This document shows, one piece after another, positions 9,801 through 20,100 of a stretch of DNA of 64,000 bases. Numbering within the stretch: the first letter of the stretch is position 1; each line of letters begins with the position of its first letter. The notes beneath the pieces are model-generated. The model was given only the letters and a program-made list of their open reading frames with translations, made no database searches and was not told the DNA's origin. The position numbers were made by a program, and so were the translations under genes. The DNA is from Verrucomicrobiales bacterium (lineage in GTDB: Bacteria; Verrucomicrobiota; Verrucomicrobiia; Verrucomicrobiales; DEV007), in contig JARGPI010000030.1 in assembly GCA_029213005.1 (NCBI GenBank), positions 3,984 to 67,983 of the forward strand, read 5' to 3'.

Positions 9801-10119
9801 CAACGCAGCTAACGGAAACTGGAAAATCGAATGGGACTGCGCGCTCGATAAAGTCGGCAAGCGGATCTCAGGCGAAGGGAGAAAAGTCAGAGTCAACGAC
9901 AAACCGGCATCCCGCGGCGAACGGAAGACCATCTTTCGCTTCGAAGCCAACCTCAATGGAAAAAATGCATCAGGCCGGTCAGAAGAGGTCGCAGCCAACG
10001 GTAAAAGAATCCCCGGAATCGTGACTCTCTATTTCAGCAAAGACCTCCAAACCCTGAGCGGAACGCTAAACGATATGGAAGGGAATCACATCAGCGATCT
10101 ATCGGGCGTCGCGAAGTGA
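6880..10119 (+). CDS. Exported WD40/beta-propeller + Ig-like + caspase (peptidase C14) multidomain protein
   Basis: Signal peptide; repeated propeller blades (LTYSPDGSQLAI, AFDRTGRLLAF, LSFSPDSQSIYI); caspase region LYLFAVGVSKY, FIAGHG (His), IMDTCFAG (Cys), GNGVFTHSL. Confidence 0.85.
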   Translation: MKQVLFAFFLIYCVLGQSAEVVTVVQEPFPVFESKSDFDTPAFIDISEDEQRLVLGTQRELHVYDLSSRCLLIRVPHPASSFFAGAALAPEGRNLIFHRTVPPNYPKIPCLLNIESGEIEDLELEEPFPTENWIITAGEETVTFKPATRGKSITRPLRSGSPLLYSGLPMADGSRLVWHGGDHIQLRSKNGNTTSINLITNPELRFTAFPEVSFSTKNQPVIATQERGQIHVIDIVTDDLIATFPGSRPQMDEKGETIALVSPGGSIEIYNIPSATRTATYTSSEPYPKFSLSANGLRLAIWQKSTKSVQDISLSTRQSQSFDWPFAQDWEAPVHLTYSPDGSQLAIAPSGVIDEESLRLANTASGQIIEIPGASKPAFDRTGRLLAFTKFRGRGTGSVSVYDISKEAIVYESPDFDLAGFGPDSLSFSPDSQSIYIPNGIEGILQLNLVHDAEKGPNLVCQGDYTFRTFPQSGTHLWAIRATGELALVDLPSGTEALRVLPFSNGHVISIKPDHHYSGRPETLDAIAFKKGLHAWPVEQFDLALNRPHEILEILDAPSEQVDLFRSAFERRQRRFGYKSEPFQFGLPEIEITNQKDIPIATEQESINLSYRATPSAAPLKQVQLYINEVPVETFTPDSGTASAELEPGSNKIQLSVIDTTGAESLRETLFVNRQTTETQLPDLYLFAVGVSKYKHANDLDVAAKDATDLVNLLARGEGSRFRKVHSQILLDELATRENILEKGRFLEQSKVGDQIIIFIAGHGLQDRNYDYWFATHDIDPETPSQRGLSYDELEGLFPPAPARKRLLIMDTCFAGEVDREDLALAAGKKVLPPGVRVRVVKRSGPSAENIPLSETGRVLTNRFADFRRRTGATVLTASSGMEFVFALENEALGNGVFTHSLMEGITTGEADTNDDGKIQVSEWQRFGIDRVIALTGGEQRPTGRQLNRELDFDIADVGPPLLFPKEWSITEQTNAANGNWKIEWDCALDKVGKRISGEGRKVRVNDKPASRGERKTIFRFEANLNGKNASGRSEEVAANGKRIPGIVTLYFSKDLQTLSGTLNDMEGNHISDLSGVAK

Positions 10120-10141
10120 AGAACATTTTATTTTGCGGGCC

Positions 10142-10330
10142 TCACCCATCCAACCAATCTTCAAGGCGCGACTTCATCTCGCGATTGTCAATTAATCTCC
10201 CCTCTTTGATATCGTCTTCAGCTTCTGAAACAGCAGCGAGCAGCGCAATTTCTTCATTTACGTCGCGAAAATCAGCATCATCCGGCAAGCGCTGGACGAC
10301 CTGCAAAACTTGTTCTTTCACAGTCGGCAT
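10142..10330 (-). CDS. Small antitoxin-like protein (62 aa) with no intact toxin gene next to it
   Basis: MPTVKEQVLQVVQRLPDDADFRDVNEEIALLAAVSEAEDDIKEGRLIDNREMKSRL resembles the small antitoxins usually paired with RelE/ParE toxins (LPDDA ... D..EGR....EE); ATG at 10330. Confidence 0.6.
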   Translation of the reverse strand: MPTVKEQVLQVVQRLPDDADFRDVNEEIALLAAVSEAEDDIKEGRLIDNREMKSRLEDWLDG

Positions 10331-10438
10331 TAGAAGAGTATCCCCCATCAAAGGAAAGTTTACAGGTTTAGATTTGAGACTGATCCCCGCCTCGCAGCTT
10401 GCCAAATGTCACGATCGCGTGATCTTTCGCGGCGACCT

Positions 10439-11308
10439 ATGCGACTCAACCCACAACCAACTCCCGACACCAATGCCTGGCGGATCCATCACGATGCGGA
10501 TGCCGGGGTGTGGATCGATCATTTTGATGGGCGCTGGCTGGTGCAGACGCGATCGGGACGGTTTCCGGATGGGGTGGAAGCCCTCGCTGACGGAATTGCG
10601 ACTTCGATTTATTGGCGCCCACGGGATCTGGATGCCGCGACGGAACCTACCCACCGCTGGGGAGAGGTCATCACCGAGCCATTTCAGGTCGAGGAAAACG
10701 GCGCGCGTTTTGAAATCGACTTTTCGGCAGGATATTCGCCGGGGATCTTTCTCGACCAACGGGAAAACCGGCTTCTGGTCAGGGAGAAATCCCGGAGCGG
10801 AACCAAAGTGCTCAACGCCTTCGCCTACACTGGCGCCTTTTCAGTGATGGCTGCGCTCGGCGGCGCGGAAACCTCGACCCTGGATTTGTCGAAAACTTAC
10901 CTCGACTGGACCTGGCGAAACTTTGCGCTGAACCGCTTGAATCGGGAGGACCACCACGGATGCAAAGGCGATGCTTTTGAATGGCTCGCCACTTTTGCCC
11001 GGCAGGGACGGGAATTCGATGGTGTGATCCTTGATCCGCCGACCTTTTCCCGACACAAAAAGAAAACCTTTAAAACCGATCGCGATTACGCGAGCCTCGC
11101 CGAGCTGGCCGCAAAGCTGACCAAGCCCGGCGGCTGGATGCTCTGCTGCGCCAATACCCACAAACTTTACCCCGGCGAATACCAACGCCAGGTCGAAGAG
11201 GGCATCCGCGCTGCAGGTCGAAACGTTCTCAATCTCAAAAAAAAGCCGATGCCAACCGAGTTTAACGGAGACGATTATTTGAAATCGCTCTGGGTTGATG
11301 TTGGTTAG
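10439..11308 (+). CDS. Class I SAM-dependent methyltransferase, RlmI/RlmK-like but short
   Basis: GIFLDQRENR, VLNAFAYTGAFSV, LDLSKTYLDW, FDGVILDPPTF; track ORF begins at 10406, start at 10439 preferred. Confidence 0.85.
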   Translation: MRLNPQPTPDTNAWRIHHDADAGVWIDHFDGRWLVQTRSGRFPDGVEALADGIATSIYWRPRDLDAATEPTHRWGEVITEPFQVEENGARFEIDFSAGYSPGIFLDQRENRLLVREKSRSGTKVLNAFAYTGAFSVMAALGGAETSTLDLSKTYLDWTWRNFALNRLNREDHHGCKGDAFEWLATFARQGREFDGVILDPPTFSRHKKKTFKTDRDYASLAELAAKLTKPGGWMLCCANTHKLYPGEYQRQVEEGIRAAGRNVLNLKKKPMPTEFNGDDYLKSLWVDVG

Positions 11309-11320
11309 GCGCCTCATATC

Positions 11321-12613
11321 ATGCGACTCATTCGTTACACTCAGGAAAATTTCGCTTCGGCGATCAAAGAACTCGACCGCCGCTCGGCTCCGCCCGAAGG
11401 GGTCGAGAAAATTGTTAATGAGGTGATTGCTGAGGTCCATTCGCGGGGTGACGCGGCGATCCTCGAATTGTCTAAAAAATTCGACAAAGCAGATTTCGAA
11501 AACGGCGAGGCCCTCCGGGTCACGGACGCGGAACTCGCCGCTTCGGACGATCTTGTCGATCAAACCACGAAAGACGCTATCGCTGCGTCGCGGAGAAATG
11601 TGATCGATTTTGCGAAGAAAAGTCTCCGTCAGGACTGGATGGGAACCAACGAGCAGGGAGCTGAAGTCGGCGAGATTTATCAACCTTTTGAGCGGGTCGG
11701 CATTTACGTTCCGGGCGGATCAGCCCCACTGGTTTCGACCTCAAATATGACGGTTTGCCTGGCGAAAGCCGCGGGCTGTCCGGAGATCGTGGTGATGACT
11801 CCTCCGGGCCCTGATGGCACGGTAAACCCCGCTTTGCTCTATGCTTTGAAAGAGGCGGGAGCGACCGAAGTCTACAAGATCGGCGGTGCTCAAGCGGTTG
11901 CAGCGATGGCACTGGGAACCGAGACGATCCCTCCGGTTCTGAAAATTTACGGCCCGGGAAATTCCTATGTCGTCGAGGCTAAACGCCAGCTTTTCGGCGT
12001 GGTGGCCGTCGATTTGCTGCCCGGACCCAGCGAAGTCGTGGTCTTGAGCGATGAGTCAGGGAAAGCCGCCTACATTGCTGCCGATTTGCTGGCTCAGGCG
12101 GAGCACGGCGGTGACAGTGGTATGGGATTTATCACCGACTCCGAAACGCTTTTTGACGAAGTTCAGAAAGAGATCGGGGAACAGGTCAAAACCTTGAGTC
12201 GTCAGGCCCAGCTCACCAAGTCGTTGCAGGACGGTTGTTGGATGATCCTGGTCGAAAATCTCGAGGACGGCGTGAAAATCGTGAACGGCTACGCTCCCGA
12301 ACACCTTTCACTTGTGACGAGCCGGGAAAAAGAGATTTTGCCGCAGATCAAAACCTCCGGCGCGATTTTCCTCGGAAACATGTCTCCGGTGGCAGTGGGC
12401 GACTTCCTCGCCGGTCCGAGCCATGAGTTGCCGACCGGTGGAGCTGGAAAATCATTTCCGGGACTCACGGTGGATCAATTTCAGCGCCGCACCAGCATTG
12501 TCCGGCTCGATCAGGATTCGATCGCAAAATCCGCACCGATTGTGGAAGCTTTCGCGAAAGTAGAGGGCCTCGACGCCCACGGTCGATCCGCTACGATCCG
12601 AACCGAACGCTAG
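11321..12613 (+). CDS. hisD: Histidinol dehydrogenase
   Basis: GIYVPGG, GGAQAVAAMALGTE, GPGNSYV, GPSE, DLLAQAEH, APEHL, GPSHELPT. Confidence 0.97.
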   Translation: MRLIRYTQENFASAIKELDRRSAPPEGVEKIVNEVIAEVHSRGDAAILELSKKFDKADFENGEALRVTDAELAASDDLVDQTTKDAIAASRRNVIDFAKKSLRQDWMGTNEQGAEVGEIYQPFERVGIYVPGGSAPLVSTSNMTVCLAKAAGCPEIVVMTPPGPDGTVNPALLYALKEAGATEVYKIGGAQAVAAMALGTETIPPVLKIYGPGNSYVVEAKRQLFGVVAVDLLPGPSEVVVLSDESGKAAYIAADLLAQAEHGGDSGMGFITDSETLFDEVQKEIGEQVKTLSRQAQLTKSLQDGCWMILVENLEDGVKIVNGYAPEHLSLVTSREKEILPQIKTSGAIFLGNMSPVAVGDFLAGPSHELPTGGAGKSFPGLTVDQFQRRTSIVRLDQDSIAKSAPIVEAFAKVEGLDAHGRSATIRTER

Positions 12614-12633
12614 GCCCCAATCTCCCGAATCTG

Positions 12634-12742
12634 GCTCTTGTTCTCATTCCTGCTCTTGATCTTGCTCGTGCATCAGGCCCGATGAGACTGGAACAGGAAA
12701 AAGATTAAGAGCAAGAGCAAGAGCAAGAGCAAGAGCAAGGAT
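12634..12742. repeat. Inverted pair of hexamer arrays: degenerate (GCTCTT)n at 12634-12671 and (AAGAGC)x5 at 12707-12736
   Basis: Read directly in the hisD-aroC spacer; the two arrays are reverse complements and can pair as a hairpin. Confidence 0.85.
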
Positions 12743-12787
12743 GGGGACTAACGCCTCTGAGTTATATTTTTTATGAAAGTTCTGAAT

Positions 12788-12844
12788 TGTACAGGGTACA
12801 GTCTGAAAGTGTACCCTGTACAGTCGCTGATCGTACCCGGTACA
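12788..12844. repeat. TGTAC-N3-GTACA doublet repeat, locus 1 (plus a degenerate third unit)
   Basis: TGTACAGGGTACA 12788-12800, 9-nt spacer, TGTACCCTGTACA 12810-12822, then CGTACCCGGTACA 12832-12844. Confidence 0.9.
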
Positions 12845-12903
12845 ACGCAACTTTTCATTAACTCGGTTGACTCCTCGACCGTGTAGAGTAGGAAGCAGAC
12901 ATT

Positions 12904-13989
12904 ATGGGATCAATTTTCGGCGAACTTTTCCGTATCTCGACGTGGGGCGAATCTCACGGCGGTGGTGTCGGTGTGGTCGTGGACGGCTGTCCACCTCTTA
13001 TTTCGTTAACAGAGAAAGACATACAAATCGATCTGGACCGACGTCGTCCCGGTCAGAGTGAAATCACAACTCCCCGGAACGAAGCCGATCAGGCGGAGAT
13101 CCTGTCGGGCACTTTTGAGGAGCAAACGCTGGGAACTCCAATCGCGATCCTGGTGCGGAATAAAGATGCCCGCCCCGAAGCCTACTCGGAAATGTCGGAA
13201 AAATTCCGCCCCTCCCATGCTGACTACACTTATCAGGCCAAGTATGGCACCCGTAACTGGCAGGGCGGAGGTCGCTCCAGTGCCCGCGAAACGATTGGCC
13301 GGGTCGCCGCGGCAGCGATCGCAAAAAAGGTCCTGAAAGAGAAATTTGCGCCGGATCTCGAGATCATCGCCTACGTTAAATCGATTCGCGATATCGAGGC
13401 CGATGTCGATCCCAACACCGTTGATTTCGAGACGGTGGAATCAAACATCGTCCGGACAGGCGATCCCAATGCTGTGGAGCCGATGGTCAACCTGGTGAAG
13501 GAAATGCGCGGCGAAGGAAATTCCGTCGGCGGAGTCGTCGAATGCGTGATTCGCAATTGCCCGGTTGGTTTTGGAGCCCCGGTTTTTGATCGTCTCGAAG
13601 CGGATCTCGCCAAAGCGATGCTCAGTTTGCCGGCCACCAAAGGATTTGAAATCGGCTCAGGCTTCGAGGGAACCAAATTAACCGGTCGCGAACACAATGA
13701 CCCTTTCCGGATGGAAGACGGCAAAGTCCGCACCACCAGCAATCGCTCCGGCGGCGTGCAGGGCGGGATCAGCAACGGGGAAAACATCATCTTCCGCGTC
13801 GCTTTCAAACCGACGGCAACCATCATGACTTCGCAGGACACCGTAACCACGCAACTCGAAGACACTGAGCTGAAAGGGCGCGGTCGACACGATCCCTGTG
13901 TGCTGCCCCGGGCGGTTCCGATTGTTGAAGCAATGGCCGCTTTAGTTTTGTGCGATCATGGCTTGCGACAAAAAGCTCAAAATGGTTAA
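12904..13989 (+). CDS. aroC: Chorismate synthase
   Basis: [47 protein letters not shown]. Confidence 0.98.
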   Translation: MGSIFGELFRISTWGESHGGGVGVVVDGCPPLISLTEKDIQIDLDRRRPGQSEITTPRNEADQAEILSGTFEEQTLGTPIAILVRNKDARPEAYSEMSEKFRPSHADYTYQAKYGTRNWQGGGRSSARETIGRVAAAAIAKKVLKEKFAPDLEIIAYVKSIRDIEADVDPNTVDFETVESNIVRTGDPNAVEPMVNLVKEMRGEGNSVGGVVECVIRNCPVGFGAPVFDRLEADLAKAMLSLPATKGFEIGSGFEGTKLTGREHNDPFRMEDGKVRTTSNRSGGVQGGISNGENIIFRVAFKPTATIMTSQDTVTTQLEDTELKGRGRHDPCVLPRAVPIVEAMAALVLCDHGLRQKAQNG

Positions 13990-14024
13990 ATCCCACGTCT
14001 GAACCAAAGTATACAGTAAACTAA

Positions 14025-14882
14025 ATGGCACCGATAATTGCAGTAATTTTAATCACTCTCCTCTATTTCATCTATGCGATGAAGTGGGGTGCGGTTCGCC
14101 TTCTCTCCAGCTCGATCGCTGTCGCTATCGGGATGGCCGTATTTTTCGCCGGAGTCAATCTGGGCCCTCCCTTTGTGGAAAACATGCTCGGTCTCGATCT
14201 GACCTGGGAATTTATTCTCGCCGGATCGGGGATTTTTGCTGTTATCGCCTACTTTATCTCCTGGGCGATCTTCGGATTTATCCTGAAGTTCCTGTTTAAC
14301 CCGGACAGTTTTCTCCATCCGCTCGTCGACGGGGTCCCCGGCGGTATCCTCTCGCTTTTCGCCTCCTTTGTGATGGCCTTCGTCATTTTTACCGGAACCC
14401 GGGTCGCCGGAACCCTCTTTGAGCTCAACTACGTCGCTTCGATCGCGCAACCCGCCATCAGCGATGCCGATCTCTCGAAACTGCCGGAAATGTCGAAGTT
14501 CACCAAATGGAGAAATACCGTCGAGCAAATCCCGATGGTCGCCGATCTGCTCGACAAAATCGACCCCTTCAGCCGTCGCGAAAACCGGAATATCGGCGCT
14601 GTCACGCTTTTTGCCGCGACTCAACCCGCCCGCGAATTCTCCGAAGGCAGCCAGCAAATGGCCAGTATTTTGTCCAATCAGAGAGTCCAGGACCTCATCA
14701 ACAGTGATGAAATGGCCAATCAGTTACGGCTCAAAGATCGCGTCGGCCACATTCTGAGTCCCGATGCAATTGAAGTCGCTGCCGATCCGGAGTTGAAAAA
14801 TCGACTAAAGAACCTGAAAATCGACCGTCACGTCGATGAGTTCATTCAATGGCTCAAGACGAATAAGACACCGAATTTTTAG
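14025..14882 (+). CDS. Membrane protein, possibly CvpA-like
   Basis: Four N-terminal hydrophobic helices with a DxxxGGILSL-type motif, then a soluble C-terminal part; directly upstream of gatB. Confidence 0.5.
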   Translation: MAPIIAVILITLLYFIYAMKWGAVRLLSSSIAVAIGMAVFFAGVNLGPPFVENMLGLDLTWEFILAGSGIFAVIAYFISWAIFGFILKFLFNPDSFLHPLVDGVPGGILSLFASFVMAFVIFTGTRVAGTLFELNYVASIAQPAISDADLSKLPEMSKFTKWRNTVEQIPMVADLLDKIDPFSRRENRNIGAVTLFAATQPAREFSEGSQQMASILSNQRVQDLINSDEMANQLRLKDRVGHILSPDAIEVAADPELKNRLKNLKIDRHVDEFIQWLKTNKTPNF

Positions 14883-14891
14883 AAACTCAGG

Positions 14892-16358
14892 ATGGCCGCG
14901 CCAAAGTATATCGTCAGCATTGGACTGGAAGTACATGTCCAGCTCAAAACCAAAAGTAAAATGTTCTGCGGATGTCCCGTCGCTTTCGGGAACGATCCGA
15001 ACACTCAGACCTGCCCGACCTGTCTGGGATTGCCCGGTGCTCTGCCGGTGCTGAACAAAGGGGCCATCGAGCGCACTATTTTAGCCGGGCAACTCCTCGG
15101 CTGCACCACGCCACCTGTCGTGAAATGGGACCGGAAGAATTACTTCTATCCCGATATGCCGAAAAACTATCAGATCTCGCAGTTCGACCTGCCGCTCTGT
15201 CTCGGCGGAGGCGTTCCGCTCTATGAACTGGCCTACCCGAAAGATCATCAGAAAGATATCGTTTCACCCGGAAAAGTCGTCGGACTGACTCGGATTCACC
15301 TCGAGGAAGACGTCGCAAAATCGACCCACCATCGCGGTGGTTACACCACAATCGACTTCAACCGCGCCGGCACACCTCTAATGGAAATCGTCTCCGAGCC
15401 GGAGATCGACTCCGCAGAAGAAGCCGTCGCCTACCTCAATTCCCTGCGCCAGATCCTCGTCTACAGCGGCGTTTCCGATGCCGACATGGAGAAAGGTCAG
15501 ATGCGGTGCGATGTGAATATTTCCGTTCGTAAAAAGAAGGAAGACCCGCTCGGCACAAAGATCGAACTAAAGAATTTGAACTCCGTATCCGTAGTGCGGA
15601 AGTCTCTTCACTACGAAATCGATCGCCAGATCAGCGAGTATGAAAAGGGAAACAGCCTCATTCAGGCAACCTGGCGCTGGAACGACGAAGTCGGCCAGAC
15701 CGAGCTGATGCGGACCAAGGAAAACGCCGACGACTATCGCTATTTCCCCGACCCCGATCTCCTGCCCGTTAAGACTGAGAAAATGGTCGCGGAAGTTCAG
15801 GCGCATCTTCCGGAACTCCCGCATGAAAAAGTCGAGCGCTTCGAAACCAATTACGAAATCACTCACTACGACGCCTCCGTTCTCGCCAGTGAGATCGAGC
15901 TCGCCAACTACTTTGAGAAAGCCGCTGAAGGCGCCAAAGTGCCCAAGAAAGTCGCCAACTGGGTAATCAATAACCTGCTCGGCGAACTGAAAGAAAACGA
16001 TCTCAACATTTCGGAGTGCCCTATCGCTCCGGAGAAAATCGGTCAGCTTGTCGGCCTTGTTGAAGCGGGGACGATTTCGAATAATCAGGCGAAAGAAGTC
16101 TTCTCCGAGCTGTTTGCCAATCCAGACAAGGAGCCTGCCAAGATCGCAAAAGAGAAAGGATTTGAACCTGCTGATAACAGCGAGATCGAAGGATTTATCG
16201 ACGAAGTTATCGCTGCCAATCCCGGTCCGGCCGGAGAGGTTGCTGAAGGCAACTCGAAAGCGGCCAACTTCCTTACCGGACAGGTCATGAAGATGTCGAG
16301 AGGCAAAGCTAATCCGAAGATGGTCACCGAAACCATTATCGGAAAACTGCAAAGCTAA
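14892..16358 (+). CDS. gatB: Asp/Glu-tRNA amidotransferase subunit B
   Basis: IGLEVHVQL, RKNYFYPD, RIHLEEDVAK, DFNRAGTPLMEIVSEP, MRCDVNIS, DYRYFPDPDL, GQVMKMSRGKANP. Confidence 0.98.
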   Translation: MAAPKYIVSIGLEVHVQLKTKSKMFCGCPVAFGNDPNTQTCPTCLGLPGALPVLNKGAIERTILAGQLLGCTTPPVVKWDRKNYFYPDMPKNYQISQFDLPLCLGGGVPLYELAYPKDHQKDIVSPGKVVGLTRIHLEEDVAKSTHHRGGYTTIDFNRAGTPLMEIVSEPEIDSAEEAVAYLNSLRQILVYSGVSDADMEKGQMRCDVNISVRKKKEDPLGTKIELKNLNSVSVVRKSLHYEIDRQISEYEKGNSLIQATWRWNDEVGQTELMRTKENADDYRYFPDPDLLPVKTEKMVAEVQAHLPELPHEKVERFETNYEITHYDASVLASEIELANYFEKAAEGAKVPKKVANWVINNLLGELKENDLNISECPIAPEKIGQLVGLVEAGTISNNQAKEVFSELFANPDKEPAKIAKEKGFEPADNSEIEGFIDEVIAANPGPAGEVAEGNSKAANFLTGQVMKMSRGKANPKMVTETIIGKLQS

Positions 16359-16374
16359 CCCCGCTGGCAGTGCG

Positions 16375-17109
16375 ATGCCGGATTCACTGAAAAAACGGGG
16401 CAAACACCCACAGGATCCGGCATCATTTCACTCTGATCAAATCCCCCTGCTCCTCGCCGCATCGAAAGACCTCGCCTGGCTGAAGTCACGGGGCTATGCC
16501 GATCCCTCGTCCCTGAAACTCGTGGGTGATCGCTACCGACTGAACGCCCGGCAACGTAGCGCCGTCGCCCGGAGCACATGTAGCGACCGGGAGCTGGAGG
16601 AACGACAGTCGAGGCTCATTCCGGTTGAACAAATCGGTGGGAGAACGGTTCATATCGACGGTTTTAATCTTCTCACCAGTATCGAAGCCGCCCTCGGAGG
16701 CGGAGTCCTCCTGATCGGTCGTGATCATTGTCTCCGCGATATGTCCAGTATGCACGGGAACTACCGGATCCTAGACGATACCGATGTCGCGATCGACCTC
16801 ACTTATCAGTTCCTTGCGAACCTCGCTCCGAAAGCAATCCACTGGTTGCTCGACAAACCGGTATCAAACAGCGGCAGGTTGAAAGCGAAAATCCTCGATC
16901 TGGCCACGAAATTCGAAAACCTTTCCTGCGACGTCGAACTCGTCCCCGACCCGGATCCGGTACTGAAAGCCATCCCGATTTCCAGTGAAGATGTCATCGT
17001 CACCGCCGACAGCGATATCCTCGACCATTGCGGTCACTGGGCGAATGTCTCCAGAGAAATCATTTCCTCGATCCACACTCCCGATCAAATCCTCATCGAT
17101 TTTTCCTGA
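16375..17109 (+). CDS. DUF434 domain protein with PIN/NYN-like C-terminal domain
   Basis: DLAWLKSRGY ... LKLVGDRYRL..RQR, HIDGFNLL, LLDKPVSNSG, VTADSDILD. Confidence 0.75.
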   Translation: MPDSLKKRGKHPQDPASFHSDQIPLLLAASKDLAWLKSRGYADPSSLKLVGDRYRLNARQRSAVARSTCSDRELEERQSRLIPVEQIGGRTVHIDGFNLLTSIEAALGGGVLLIGRDHCLRDMSSMHGNYRILDDTDVAIDLTYQFLANLAPKAIHWLLDKPVSNSGRLKAKILDLATKFENLSCDVELVPDPDPVLKAIPISSEDVIVTADSDILDHCGHWANVSREIISSIHTPDQILIDFS

Positions 17110-17120
17110 GCCAAACCGGG

Positions 17121-20100
17121 CTATTCCGTGATTTTTTCGTGCGATAGATCATCGACCGTCACCGCGCATCCGGGAGGGCAGTATACCCAAGCCGAGTAAG
17201 ACGCGGCTCCTGCAGGTACTTCCCCCACCACATTGAAATAGGTATAGTCCGACGCATTTGAGAGAACAATCGCTTCATCTCCCAGCCAGGCTCCATTTGC
17301 ATCCCAGAATGAGAAACCGAGTTCCGGCTGATTCCCCGGCTCCGGATTGTCTGCTTTATAATACCCGGAAAATTCGACTAACTCTCCCTCACTTCCTCCG
17401 AAGCTTTGGACCAGAAACGACTCCGCATTCACGAGCGCCGCTCCCGACCCGCTCCTTGCATCAGTAGAATACACCGCGTTGCTACCACCATTGTCCCATC
17501 CCTGAAGATCGCCGGTTTCGAAGTCGCCATTGGAGAAAAGATTAATCCCCGGGTCACCGACCTGAATCACTTGCAAATTGTCGGCGATGAGAGATCCTGA
17601 CTCGCCACCATTCCAAATCCAGACACTGACCCGTACGGCCCCATCCGGAATCACGGTTTCCACGGTAAAATCGGTATAGTCAGTCGCAGCGTCGAACTGC
17701 AAATACCGGTCAGTGATCCAGTCTCCATTGGCATCCCAAAAGCTGAATCCTGCTTCGATATCTGTTACCGCTCCGGTAGAGAAATAATCTCCGGTAAGTC
17801 TTAAGGTCTCCCCTTCTGTCACCAGCAAATCCTGGACGGCGAAAGATTGACCTTTGACTTCAGCAGCCTGGGTCCCACTGCTGGAAGCGCTGGTGAGTAC
17901 CGTCTGGTTGACCGCATCCCAACCCGACAGACCGGCTTCAAAATCGCCGTTGGTCAACAGATTAGGTTCATCACCGCCACCTCCATCGCCGCCGTCGCCA
18001 TTGCCTCCTGCGATTAACTCCAGATCATCGACAATGATGGGACCATCGGAGGTGAAGACCCACAGCGACACCGACGCAGCGCCCAGCGGCACCGTGATTT
18101 CCATACTGAAAAGATCATAACTTTGCCCGGGAGTTATCGTGACAATCCGGTCACTGATCCAAACGCCATTGGCATCCCAAAACGTCAAGCCGGCTTCGAC
18201 CGGCAAGCCCGAACCGGCTGACGTAAATCGCCCCGAATAGATATAGTTTCCCTGTGCGGTGATCGCAAAAGACTGCACAACAAACGAATTCGCACCGATC
18301 CGAACCGCGTTACTACCGGTATAGGCATTACTACTCAGGGAAATATCGCCCTGAGCGTCCCAGTCACTCAATCCGCCTTCGAAACTGCCATTGGTTAACA
18401 GATTGTCAGAGTTCCCGTTAAACTGGTAGTCGAAAGTTAGCGGCACCGGTAGAGCCGGGTTCGCATTTCCATTTAGATCCGTCACTTTGTCCGAAGCGAA
18501 CGAAACACTACCCGAACCATTTTGCGAGGGAACCACTTCGAGAACCCAATTTTCGCCGATGCCCGAAATCGATGCTATCGTTCCGTTTTCCACCGAGACA
18601 TCGGAAAAGCTCAAACCCTCGATCGGTTCCGAAGCCGTTAGAGATACATCGAAGGAGCCGCTCACCACGGAACTGCCACTGGCGAACGAAAGTGAGATCT
18701 CCGGAGCGATATGATCCCTCGGAGCCGGACCAAAAACAGGTCCCTGAGGCGATGAATCGGGATCCAAGCTGTTAATCCAGTCCGCCAGCAGGCTTAACGC
18801 AGAGTTATCCAATCGATTTTTGGCGATCGGAGGCATCGCGACCGCTTCCTGTAGTGAGCCGACGCGATGATGGAGCAATGACAGCGAAAGATCAGCCGGC
18901 GTAATGATACGGGCATTACTGTTCCCGAAGTTGTTATTTGGAACCACATTCACAAGGTTTTGATACCAGAGCGGCACTTCCATTCGCGCATCGAAATTGG
19001 CCTGAGTCGGCGCAGCCGGTTGGTGACACTGTGAGCAGTTGATATCGATATATGACCGGGCCCGCCTTTCCAGAGTTGCAGAATTGTCTGCTATCGACTT
19101 CGCCGTCAGCATATCACCGAGGATCGATTCATCGACTGCTGGAGAAAAGAATCCCAGTTGATTTAAAGTCACGATCTGATTCGCCAGCCGCCCCGTTTCA
19201 CTATAGTTAATCGAGGAGTTCAAGTGTCTCGATTTTACGCCGAGCACGGTTCCCGCCGCCTGAGTGTGGCAGCTCGCACATTCGTTCCGACCCGGATAAT
19301 GCCAGGTAAACGTCTCTCCATCTGCCGTGATGGTTTCGTGAACCGGTTCGCCCGGCAGTAATACGGCATCGGTCCCCTGCTCATTCCATTTGTAGGAAAA
19401 TCCATACCACGCTGAATTTTCTCCCCGGACGAAAAACCGTGTCTCCAATCTCTGCCCCGGGAATTCGAAATGTTTGATCAACACGGTTCCGATCGGGAAA
19501 GACCAGTGACCTTCCTCCGACCAGCCGATTTGCTCGTCGGAAGTGTTCGGCGTTCCATCATTCGGGATAGATATCCAGCGCTGTTTGTCAGCTCCATCGG
19601 ACCAGAGCGGCTGAATCACATCGTAGGGAATTACCCCGGCGGCAGGGATCAGGTTTTCGACATCGGAGAACGCGGTCGTTTGCGAAAGCAGCTGCGGTGG
19701 CTCGGGAATCCCGACGGTCGATTTATCGAGGCGATAGATGCGCCCGCCATCGAGGTCAGTCCCCGCGAGGCTCAAAATATATATCTCACCCGAAGCATCG
19801 TAACCAAAGGCTCCCAGTCCATTTTTAGGACCGGGACCGTGCCGACTCAAAGTCAGTAACTGGTTTACCACCGCTCCACCCTGCGAATCATCGAGGCTCC
19901 AGATCCGGCTGGACCCATGGTCGCCAAATAGGTATTGCCCCTGTAACTCGGGGTGGAGACTCCCCCGATAGACAAACCCACCGATCACGCAGGTTCCGAT
20001 ACTTCTTCCATAACTGTAAGCGGGAGGCTGATCGGTCCCGATCAGGGAGGTCGGTTTCGATTTCGGGCCGTTGATCGCCCCCTCTTTGTAGGGCCATTGG

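Noticed and set aside
10439-11308. Calling the methyltransferase rlmI or rlmK
   Set aside because: It is shorter than RlmI with no evident PUA domain; the target cannot be assigned from sequence alone
12788-12822. TGTAC-N3-GTACA as a LexA/SOS box
   Set aside because: The verrucomicrobial LexA box as I recall it is TGTTC-N4-GAACA, which differs in sequence and spacing; two loci sit between convergent 3' ends and none precedes an SOS gene
12644-12850. 68-aa ORF with LALALALAL
   Set aside because: The peptide is a translation of the AAGAGC hexamer array and TGTAC repeats; no coding evidence
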